Positions 25,681-36,180 of a stretch of 49,122 nt of DNA are shown one piece after another. Where the stretch lies: assembly GCA_038087875.1 (NCBI GenBank), contig JAXLNO010000087.1:248001-297122 (forward strand), read 5' to 3'. The notes beneath the pieces were generated by a model that saw only the letters and a program-made list of their open reading frames with translations, did no database searches and was not told the DNA's origin. The DNA is from Malacoraja senta. Taxonomy: Eukaryota. The position numbers and the translations under genes are program-made. Every line of letters starts with the position of its first letter. The stretch's first letter is position 1.

Positions 25681-26527
25681 ACTAGAGATAAACAATGCAA
25701 CACTTTTAGGGTTCTTTTCGGTTAAAGGTAATAGCCCTCATTTGCAAAGGCACCATCGGGGGGGGTCTCTAACATAAATATAAGCTCATTGTAGCTTAAA
25801 ATGTATTCTCATCGAGTAAACGTCAGAGCATTCGATTCTTGGCCAGGATGTGACATTTGCATCAGAAATAAGACAGATCTCTTACAGGTCTGTCACCCAG
25901 CCTGGCACTGCCCCAGTCCCACTATGGCTGTCACCCCCCCACTCTCCCCACTATGGCAGTCAGTGGGGTTCAGTACATGTGGGAACCCAGAGGATCTGTC
26001 CTGACCCTTTAATTAGGCAGGATCATGAGCCCTTAAAACCTGGGACCTCTGCTGCAGTCTCATTAAATTTCCTATTAAAGTGACTGGAAGATGCCTTGCA
26101 GGACTGTCCCCAGCCTGGCACCTCTGCGACAGTGTCATTAAAAAAACACACTCACAATTATATTCATCATTTTATTTTTATATAATATAATTATAATTAA
26201 TTATATATGATTAAGTCATATTTACAAGTTATATATATATTTATATAGAGGTATAATAATATATAGTTTAAATGGACTGCAACACGGAAATAGGCTGCCC
26301 ATGGTGTAATATGGGCATTGGCCTCTAGATGGCGCTCACTTTCCCGATCTCATTTTCTAATTAGTTTTATTAATTAATGTGCAGCTTTTGGCAATGACGA
26401 GTTATGACTTCCTTCTCACTTATATTTCATCTAAATCTGTGGAAAATTTCATGTAGTTTGGTGACGGGTCACGAAACCTGGATTCTAGACACATTTGATG
26501 CTCGGCCCACAGCCTACTCCTCGTCCA

Positions 26528-27410
26528 CCGGACCTGAGATCAATACGTTTATAAATAAATCATCAGTGGATTGAGTGGGATCGGGCCAACATGGGGGAGA
26601 AGTGAGTGAGGTCAATAAAACTGGGGTAAATAATATAAACTCACCGTCTGGAGCAGCGTCCTGAGATAAAACACGTTATAAACAAACATCTCCCTCTCTC
26701 TAACTCCCGACCCCCCCTCTCTGTAAATAATCAATAAATCACCAAATAAACTACATTTCTGGGGGAATAAACCCGGTAAAACTGGGGTAAATAATGTTAT
26801 AAACCCACAGGGGAGCAAAATAAACCCGGTCTGGGGTTAAACTGAGGGGAATAATGTTGACCCGTTTTATTCCCCCAGACGTGTAGTTTATGTGGAGATT
26901 CATTGACCTCAGCTCTCTCTCCCCCAGATTTACCGGGTTTATTTATTTCGCTCATTTCACTGCTGATTTATTTATTTATAACGTTATTGACCTGAGTGAA
27001 TAAGAGGGGAGGCTGGTTTATTTATTTATAACGAGTTTGACCCGTTTCCCCACACACACACACACACGTGTACTGTACTGTAGTTGTAGTGGTCATTGAC
27101 CTCACTCACTCCCTTCTCCACCATGTTGACCACACACACACACGTGTACTGTACTGTATGTGGTCATTGACCTCACTCATTTCTCCCCCATGTTGACCCC
27201 ACACACACACGTGTACTGTACTGTACTGTAGTTGATGTGGTGATTGACCTCACTCACCTCTCCCCCATGTTGACCACACACACGTGTACTGTACTGTAGA
27301 TGATGTGGTCATTGACCTCACTCACTCACCCATTTCTCCCCCATGTTGACCCGATCCCGCTCAATCCGCTGCTGATGATGATTTATTTATATTATTTACC
27401 TCAGTCCGTC
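26528..27410. repeat. Degenerate fold-back (inverted-repeat) region with internal ~60-bp tandem units
   Basis: 26533-26615 is the reverse complement of 27311-27405, and 26745-26780 pairs with 26855-26890. CATTGACCTCACTCAC...CCATGTTGACC..ACACGTGTACTGTA repeated ~4x at 27050-27350. Confidence 0.75.
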
Positions 27411-27612
27411 GGCAGCGACGTCACCAACTGCCGCTTCTCCGCCGCCATTTTCATGCGGTCGATGGGGAGACTCGGCCCGGGGCGGGACCGGCGGCCATCT
27501 TGGTGAGGGCAGATGAGGTCGGCGCCGCTGATTGGTCGGATGCCGGCGGCCATCTTTGTGAGGGGTTGATGGCGGCCATCTTGTTAGGGTCCGTTCATAA
27601 CGCCATCTTGAG
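27400..27612 (-). promoter_or_regulatory. CpG-rich promoter / first exon with YY1 motif cluster
   Basis: Five GCCAT(C/T)TT motifs (minus AA(G/A)ATGGC), GC box, CCAAT box, GACGTCA; donor GAG|GTAAAT at 27400/27399. Confidence 0.55.
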
Positions 27613-27779
27613 AAGGTACCAAAGGCCCACACACTTGTGGTCCATTCTCCCCTCTAAACCTGTCTTGTCCACTCACCTGTCCAAGGGTCTTAGTTTCCAA
27701 CCCTTCGCCCACCAGTGGCTTACTTTGGCTGGGAAAGCACATCTCGGACCCGCAAACACTCAGCATAGGAGCACCGCAA

Positions 27780-28690
27780 GGCTGCGTACTCTCCTCTCCT
27801 CTACTGTCTCTCTACACCAACGAATGCACCTCCAAAGACACCTCTGTCAAGCTTCTCAAGTTTGCTGATGACACAACCGTGATTGGACTGATCCAGGATG
27901 GGGAGGAATCTGCCTACAGACAGGAAGTGTCACAGCTGGCGTCCTGGTGCCATCGCAACAACCTAGAGCTCAATGCTCTTAAGACAGTGGAATTGATTGT
28001 AGACTTTAGGAGAGCTCCCCCTCACCCCACTCACCATCAACAACACCACAGTCACATCTGTGGAGTCCTTATGTGCGGGGGCTACCATCGACTCCACAGT
28101 GAAAAAGGCACAACAGAGGATGTACTTCCTGCTGCAGCTGAGGAAGCACAATCTGCCACAGGCAATGATGGTCCAAATTTATACAGTCATCGTAGAGTCT
28201 GTTCTCACCTTCTCCATCATGGTCTGCTTTGGCTCAGCCACCAAGCACGACACCTGGAGGCTGCAGCGAATCGTCCGATCAGCAGAGAAGGTTATTGGCT
28301 GCAACCTTCCCTCCATTGATGAACTGTACACTGCAAGGGCCAGGAAGCGAGCGGGTAAGATCATCTCTGACCCCTCTCACCCTGGCCACAAACTCTTTGA
28401 ATCACTTCCCTCTGGAAGACGACTCCAGACTGTCAAAGCAGTTTTTATCCACGAGTAGTAGCTCTACTCAACAGCCAAAAATCTGTAGCCTCCCTTTGAT
28501 CTGGTATTTTGTTGGTTCACATGCTTGATCAATGGTGTTTTATCATTAATGTTTTATTATTATTAATGTTTAGTGTTTTCTGAGTCATTCGTAACTGTCA
28601 CTGTATGTCATGGTGTTACTTGTGGGTGGAGCACCAAGGCAAATTCCTTGTATGTGAATACTTGGCCAATAAACTTACTTACTTACGTAT
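27780..28690 (+). mobile_element. Rex1/Babar-type LINE 3' fragment
   Basis: KFADDTTVIGLI..GEESAYRQEV, KKAQQRMYFL, DPSHPGH; AATAAA + (ACTT)n tail. Confidence 0.85.
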
Positions 28691-28959
28691 TGGAACATGC
28701 AAAAGAGGAGCAGGAGTGGATTATTTGGCACTTTGAGCCCTTTCCGTCATTCAACACAAGCTCTGTCAACTCTGTCAACCCCATATTACTGTCTCTGTCA
28801 ACCCCATATTACAATTCTCTCCCTATAATCATTGATGCCATTTGTGTAAAAAAAAAACTATCCCCTACTTAACTGGATTCAGTTACTTGTCATCTACCAT
28901 TTTTTCCAACGTGGGGTGAATTTTAAAGGATCACTATATTCAGAATGAAGACATTTTTC

Positions 28960-29300
28960 TACCTCAGCCCTTCAGGTCTTAAGTCTGCGACCCCTTGTTC
29001 TAGAACCCCTAGTCGCTGAAAAAAATGCTTACATATGGAGTTTGTCTCACTCTGACTGAATTTTGTTTGATTTAGTGAGGTCCCGTTCATGTCTTCCAAA
29101 CTCCAGTGACTACTGGCCCAGTGGCTCCTCTTCTCCTCACACCTTAGGCCTGCCATTCCAAGAATCAGACTGGTCAGCTTTGGCTGAATTCCTTCTGTGG
29201 CAGGAAAACCCTTTCTCGGGTAAGGAGAACAAAACAGCACACAAGGGGTGGTCTCAGGAATATCCTGTAATATGGCAACAAGACATCTTGTTACTGTGCT
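28960..29300 (-). mobile_element. Old CR1 fragment
   Basis: Degenerate L..PE..VLFCSPY..EGIQ..LT.LI.GMAGL. Confidence 0.6.
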
Positions 29301-29649
29301 CAAAAACTCCAGAAGAGACCAACAAATATCACTTGCCTACTTACTGCTTACTCACATGTCTGCATTCAGTGATTAGTGCACAAAGACGCAGATATCTTTA
29401 TCAATATTTCTGAATCACAATTCCTATAGTTCTCAGTCTTTCTGCTTTTTCATCAAAACATCAAGTTTATCCACAATATTATGGATAGGAAATGTATGGA
29501 GGGACATGGGTTAGGTGCAGGCAGTTGGGACTGGCTCAGATAGACAACTTGGTCAGCATGTATGCATTGGGCCAATGGGCCTATTTCCATGCTATACAGC
29601 TCTATGACTCTATGCTGCATCTGTGTGTATATTTGGACACTAGCTCAAC

Positions 29650-31171
29650 TGACTGGGAGGAGCTGGCCAATGTTGACTGGAAAGATACACTAGCACGGAT
29701 GACAGTGGAACAAAAATGGCAGGTATTTCTAGGAATAATACAGAACGTGCAGGATCAGTTCATTCCTAGGAGGATGAAAGATTCCAAGGGGAGAAAGGGG
29801 CGACCATGGCTGACAAGGGACGTCAGGGACAGTATAAAAATTAAAGGGAAGAAATACAAAGTAGCAAAGATGAACGGGAAGCAAGAGGATTGGGTAATGT
29901 TTAAAGAACAACAGAAGATAACTAAAAAGACAATACAGGGGAAAAGATGAGGTACGAGGGTAAGCTAGCCAAGAATATAAAGCAGGATAGTAAAAGCTTC
30001 TTTCGGTATATGAAGAAGAAAAAATTAGTTAAGACCAAAGTTGGACCCTTGAAGACCGAAAAAGGTGAATTTATTATAGGGAACAAGGAAATGGCAGAGG
30101 AGTTGAACAGGTACTTTGGATCTGTCTTCACTAAGGAGGACACAAACAATCTTCCTGATATAGTAGTGGCCAGAGGATCTGGGGTGAAGGAGGAACTGAA
30201 GGAAATCCACATTAGGCAGGAAATGGTGTTGGATAGACTGATGGGGCTGAAGGCTGATAAATCCCCAGGGCCTGATGGTCTGCACCCCAGGGTACTTAAG
30301 GAAGTGGCTCTAGAAATCGTGGATGCACTGGTGGTAATTTCCCAATGTTCTATAGACTCAGAATCAGTTCCTGTGGATTGGAGGGTAACTAACGTTATCC
30401 CACTTTTTAAGAAAGATGGGAGAGAGAAAACGGAATTATAGACCAGTTATCCTGACATCGGTGGTGGGAAAGATGCTGGTCAATTATGAAAGATGAAATA
30501 GTGGCACATTTGGATAGCAGTAACAGGGTCGGCTTGGATTTACGAAGGGGAAATCATGCTTGACTAATCTTCTGGAATTTTTTGAGGATGTAACTTAGAA
30601 AATGGACAATGGACAGCCAGTGGATGTAATGTACCTGGACTTTCAGAAATCATTTGATATGGTCCCACATAGGAGATTAGTGGGCAAAATTAGGGCACAT
30701 GGTATTGGGGGTAGAGTGCTGACATGGATAGAAAATTGGTTGGCAGACAGGAAACAAAGAGTAAGGATTAACGGTGACTAGTGGTGTACCACAAGGCTCG
30801 GTGCTGGGACCGCAGCTATTTCCAATATACATCAATGATTTTGATGAAGGAATTCAAAGTAACATTAGCAAATTTGCAGATGACACAAAGCTGGGTGGCA
30901 GTATGAACTGTGAGGATGATGCTATGAGAATGCAAGGTGACTTGGACAGGTTGGGGGAGTGGGCAGATGCATGGCAGATGAAGTTTAATTCAGATAAATG
31001 TGAGGTAATCCACTTTGGTATCAAAAACAGGAAGGCAGATTACCATCTAAATGGTGTCAAGTTGGGAAAAGGGGAAGTACAAAGGGATCTGGGGTTCCTT
31101 GTTCATCAGTCTATGAAAGTAAGCATGCAGGTACAGCAGGCAGTGAAGAAAGCGAATGGCATGTTGGCCTT
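29650..31171 (+). mobile_element. CR1 LINE ORF2 fragment, 3' end replaced by Penelope
   Basis: PWLTRDVRD, KSPGPDGLHPRVLKE, GVPQGSVLGP, KFADDTKL; breaks at KKANGMLAF. Confidence 0.9.
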
Positions 31172-34150
31172 CACCACACCGCCCTCCAGCCCCGCCGACC
31201 CCTACTCCATTGCCCGAGGACTCCGACCATCGGGTCCTCCGACCCTCGCCACTGCCACACCCGCTGACCCCGACTCTACGGCCCGCGGACTCCCACTATC
31301 GGGTCCGCCGGCCCACGCCACCACACCGCCCTCTAGCCCCGCCGGCCCCGACTCCACGGCCCGAGGACTCCTACCATCGGGTCCGCTGACCCTCGCCATT
31401 GCACCTCCCTCCAGCAGCCCGCAGCCGTCGCCTCACCTGCAGACTGGTCTCTGTACTGGGCCTGAAGCCTCCACGCTGCTCACTCCCACTCTCCTGGGTT
31501 TGACTCCACTGGGTCCTAGCACTAGTCTGCCTAGCCCTGGTTACCTCAGTGTTAGTTCCATTGATTCTTCCCCATCCTTCTCCAACTATGGGACCCCTTC
31601 TCTTCCCCACCCACACTACAGCCCTCTCACCCCCCCCCCACCCCCTGACCACCCCCCACCCCCCACCCCCCCCCCCCCACCACACATCGCCTCGTCCCCA
31701 TTCCACCCACCTGCCTTCCTCCAGCCCCAACCCCCATCCCTGCCGGGTGTTCACCATCCCCCCCCGACCTCCCCCTCTCTGACATCGAACGGTCTGTCCT
31801 CAGCAGAGGTCTTACCTTTGTCCCCCTCCGTCCCCACCGCAATGAGTTCCGCGCCCTCCATGACTTGGAATGCTTCTACCGTCGCCTCCGCCTCACAGCT
31901 CACTTCCATGGGAAGGAGTCCTCGCCCCCCACTGATGACCCCTTTTCCCGTCTCCAACGCACCCCCTCCTCGTGGAACCCCCCTTGTAGTCTTCCGGCTT
32001 TAGAACTCTTCATCAAAAACTGCCGCCGTGACATCAACCCCCTCAACTTCTCCACTCCCCTGTCCCACTCCAATCTCTCCCCCCCTGAACGCACTGCCAT
32101 CAACTCACTCCGCAACAACCTAGATTGGGTTATCAAACCCGCCGACAAGGGAGGTGCCGTGGTAGTCTGGCGCGTCGATCTCTACAAAGCTGAGGCCACG
32201 CGCCAACTCTCGGACACCTCCTCCTACTTACCCCTGGACCATGACCCCACTGACGAGCACCAGGCCACCATCTCCAGCACCATCACCGACTTCATCCACT
32301 CCCACGCTCTGCCAGACCGAGCCTCCAACCTCATCGTTCCCCAGCCCCGCACGGCCCGATTTTACCTTCTCCCCAAAATCCACAAACCTGACTGTCCCGG
32401 TAGACCCATTGTCTCTGCCTGTTCGTGCCCCACCGAACTCATCTCCACCTACCTCGACTCCATCCTATCCCCCCTTGGTTAAATCCCTCCCTACCTACGT
32501 TCAAGACACCTCAGACACTCTCCGTCGTCTCCGCGCATTCCACTCTCTAGGCCCTCACCCCCTCATCTTCACCATGGACGTCCAGTCATTGTACACCTCC
32601 ATCCCCCACCAGGATGGTCTCGAAGCCCTCCGGTTTTTCCTCAACCAGAGAAGCAACCTATACCCGGCCACTGACACCCTCCTCCGCCTAGCGGAGCTGG
32701 TCCTTACCCTCACTAACTTCTCATTTGACTCCTCCCATTTCCTCCAAATACAAGGGCACACGCATGGGCCCCAGATACGCCTGCCTCTTTGTCGGATACG
32801 TAGAACAATCCTTGTTCAATACGTACCTGGGCCCCATCCCAGACCTCTACCTCCGCTACATCGATGACTGTTTTGGTGCCACCTCCTGCACCCACACACA
32901 ACTGACTGACTTCATCCGCTTCACCACCAACTTCCATCCGGCACTCAAATACACCTGGACCATTTCCGACACTTGCCTACCATTCCTTGACCTCACTATC
33001 TCCATCGCAGGTGATAGACTTCTTACCGACATCCATTACAAACCTACTGACTCCCATGGCTATCTGGACTACACTTTTTCCCACCCTGCTTCTTGTAAGG
33101 ACTCCATCCCCTACTCCCAATTCCTCTGTATACTCCGCATCTGCTCCCAGGATGAGGCGTTCCACACCAGGGCATCCGAAATGTCTTCATTCTTCAGGGA
33201 ACGGGGGTTCCCCTCCTCCACCATAGATGAGGCTCGCACCAGGGTCTCTGCCATACCCCGCAACACTGCTCTCTCTCCCCATCCCCCCACTCACAACAAG
33301 GGCAGAGTCCCCCTAGTCCTCACCTTTCACCCCACCAGCCGTCACATACAAGTGATCCTCCGTCAGTTTCGCCACCTCCAACGTGACCCCACCACTCGCC
33401 ACATCTTCCCGTCTCCCCCCATGTCTGCCTTCCGCAAAGACCGCTCCCTCCGTAACTCCCTTGTCAATTCTTCCCTTCCCTCACGTACCACCCCCTCCCC
33501 GGGTACTTTCTCTTGCAACCGCAAGAGATGCAACACTTGTCCCTTCACCTCCCCCCTCGACTCCATTCAAGGACCCAAGCAGTCGTTCCAGGTGCGACAG
33601 AGGTTCACCTGCATCTCCTCCAACCTCATCTATTGCATCCGCTGCTCTAGATGTCAGCTGATCTACATCGGTGAGACCAAGCGGAGGCTTGGCGATCGTT
33701 TCACCGAACACCTCCGGTCGGTCCGCAATAACCAACCTGACCACCCGGTGGCTCAGCACTTCAACTCCCCCTCCCATTCCGTATCCAACCTCTCTGTCCT
33801 GGGTCTCCTCCATGGCCACAGCGAGCAACACCGGAAATTGGAGGAAATGCACCTCATATTCCGCTTGGCAGTCTACATCCTGGGGGCATGAACATTGAAT
33901 TCTCCCAATTCTGCTAGCCCTTGTCCCCTCGCCGTCATCAGCCCTCTGGTTGTCTCCTCCCCTCCCCCAGGCCTCGGGCTCCTCCTCCGCTTTTTTTCCT
34001 TTCTTCTCCCCACCCCCTATCAGTCTGAAGAAGGGTTTCAGCCCAAAACGTTGCCTATTTCCTTCGCTCCATAGATACTGCTGCACCCGCTGAGTTTCTC
34101 CAGCATTTTTGTGTACCTTCGATTTTCCAGCATCTGCAGTTCCTTCTTTT
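31172..34150 (+). mobile_element. Penelope-like element, near full length, frameshifted
   Basis: IKPADKGGAVVVW, FYLLPKIHK, TMDVQSLYTSIP, MGPRYACLFVG, YLRYIDD, GIY-YIG (NLIYCIRCSRCQLIYIGETKR). GC-rich 5' tandem units at 31172-31400; pLTR tail ~33900-34150. Confidence 0.92.
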
Positions 34151-34307
34151 ACACTCAACTCAAATGCTCTATGTTGATTTAGGAAATGTCAACAGAGTGG
34201 AACAAATGTACACGTGTGAAAATTCAGTCGTTCGAACTCTAGCGATAAACGTGACTTTAAAACATTGTGGAAAACCTTCTCATGTGTCTGTTAATGTAAG
34301 TGTTTTG

Positions 34308-35160
34308 AGAGAAGGGGAGAGAGGGAGAAGGGGAGAGAGAGAGGGAAGAGAGAGAGGGGGAGAGAGAGAGAGGGGGGGAGAGAGGGGGAGAAGGGAGGAG
34401 AGAGGGAGGGGAGAGAGAAAGAGGGCGAAGGTAGAGAGGGGGAAGAGAGAGAGGGGAGAAAGAGAGGGGAGAGGCAGGGAGAGGGGGAGAAAGAGTTTGA
34501 TTTAGTTTTTTGTTTAGTTTATTATAGTTTAGCTGACTTAAATTTAGTTTATAAAGAGAGAGGGGAGAGAGAGAGAGAGAGAGGAGGTGAGAGAGGGGGT
34601 GAGAGAGAGTTTGACAGTTTTTAGTTTAGTTAATTATAGTTTAGCTTTATAAAGAGAGAGGGGGGAGAAGAGAGGGGAGAGAGAGAGGTGGGGAGGGAGA
34701 GAGAGAGAGGGGAGAGAGAGGAGAGAGAGGGAGGAGAGAGGGGGTGAGAGAGAGTTTGACAGTTTTTAGTTTAATTCATTATAGTTTAGCTGACGTAAGT
34801 TTTGTTTATAAAGAGAGAGAGAGCGTGGGGAAGAGAGGGGGGAGAGAGAGGGGAGAGAGAGAGGAGGGAGAGGAAAAGAGATAGAGGGGGTGAGAGAGGG
34901 GAGAAAGATGGGGTAGAGAAGGGGGATGGGGGAGAGAGAGCGGAGAGAGAGAGGGGCGAGAGAGGGGGAGAGAAAGAGAGAGGGAGAGGGGGGAGAAAGT
35001 TAGACTGTTTTTAGTTCAGTTTATTATAGTTTAGCTGACAAGTTTAGTTTATAAAGAGAGAGAGGGAAAAAGAGAGGGTGAGGGGGGAGAGAGACGTAGA
35101 GAGAGGGGAAAGAGAAGGGAGGGGGGGAGAGAGAAATGGATAGAATGGAGAAGAGATTTA
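34308..35160. repeat. GA-rich low-complexity array punctuated by a repeated AT-rich unit
   Basis: (GA)n/(GGA)n with ~4 copies of TTTAGTTTATTATAGTTTAGCTGAC..TTTATAAAGAGAG. Confidence 0.85.
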
Positions 35161-35259
35161 AACGGCTCCAGGGTGAGATTAAGGAGGGACTGAAGATTGG
35201 CCAACAATGGAGGTCGACAACAAAATGGCCGCTGTTAGGTTAAGTGTCTTCACTTTGTA

Positions 35260-35530
35260 TCACTTCCCTCTGAAGGCGAATCCGGACTGTCACTGTCACA
35301 GCCAGACATAAAAACAGCTTTTTTTTCCACAAGTAGTAATCAAATATCTGTCGCCTCCTTTTGCTTTGGTATTTTATTTAATTCACATGTTTAATCGCTA
35401 ATGTGTTATTATTAATGTTTTATATGTCATTCCTAACTGTCACTGTATGTCATGTGGTCACTTGCGGGCGGAGCACCAAGGCAAATTCCTTGTATGTGAA
35501 TACTTGGCCAATAAACTTATTAATTCATTC
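35260..35530 (+). mobile_element. Rex1-type 3' tail
   Basis: Near copy of 28400-28685 (GAGCACCAAGGCAAATTCCTTGTATGTGAATACTTGGCCAATAAAC). Confidence 0.75.
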
Positions 35531-35709
35531 ATCATTTCCAGCTCTGTGCCCTCCTTTCCTCTTAATCCCTCCCTCCCACCCAACGGGGCGCTCTCCCGGG
35601 GAAGAACCCGGGGTCAGCAGGGCTCCGGGGGTGAGATTAACGAGGGATGGAAGATTGGCCAACTATGGAGGTTGACAACAAAATGGCCACCGTCAGGGTA
35701 AGTGTCCCC

Positions 35710-36056
35710 AGACAAGCTCGATGCAGGAAAAAATTTCCCAATGTTGGGCGATTCCAGAACCAGGGGCCACAGTCTTAGAATAAAGGGGAGGTCATTTAAG
35801 ACTGAGGTGAGAAAAAACATTTTCTCCCAAAAAGTTGTGAATTTATGGAAGTCCCTGCCACAGAGGGCAGTGGAGGCCAAATCACTGGATGGATTTAAGA
35901 GAGAGTTAGTTAGAGCTCTAGGGGCTAGTGGAGTCAAGGGATATGGGGAGAAGGCAGGCACGGTTTATTGATAGGGGACGATCAGCCATGATCACAATGA
36001 ATGGCGGTGCAGGCTCGAATGGCCTCCTCCTGCACCTATTTTCTATGTTTCTATGT
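35710..36056 (+). mobile_element. CR1 3' end
   Basis: [20 protein letters not shown]...GYGEKAG and tail. Confidence 0.85.
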
Positions 36057-36180
36057 TTCATCTTCAGCATGTCTGCCTCTGTACCCCTCCCTTCCTCTCA
36101 ATCCCTCCCTCCCTCCCAACGGGACTCTTTCCCGTGGAAGAACCCGGGGTCAGCAGCGCTCCAGGGGTGAGATTAAGGAG

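Larger units (their letters stand above)
23530..26527. mobile_element. Non-autonomous long-TIR DNA transposon, Academ-like
   Basis: TIRs of ~760 bp (23530-24289 vs 25753-26527), termini TG...CA, flanked by CCGG on both sides. Interior has transposase-like fragments (PKRLLRS...HVLPVC; PCTDLCKFVDCRN...DEESSDED*). Confidence 0.8.

Noticed and set aside
25407..25777. His/Thr- and Cys/Val/Met-rich ORFs
   Set aside because: Translations of a CA-rich microsatellite.
30774..32003. 409-aa RT plus proline-rich ORF as a novel fusion protein
   Set aside because: Chance read-through from a truncated CR1 into the C-rich 5' part of a Penelope element.
34164..35014. Arg/Glu/Gly-rich ORFs
   Set aside because: GA low-complexity sequence.
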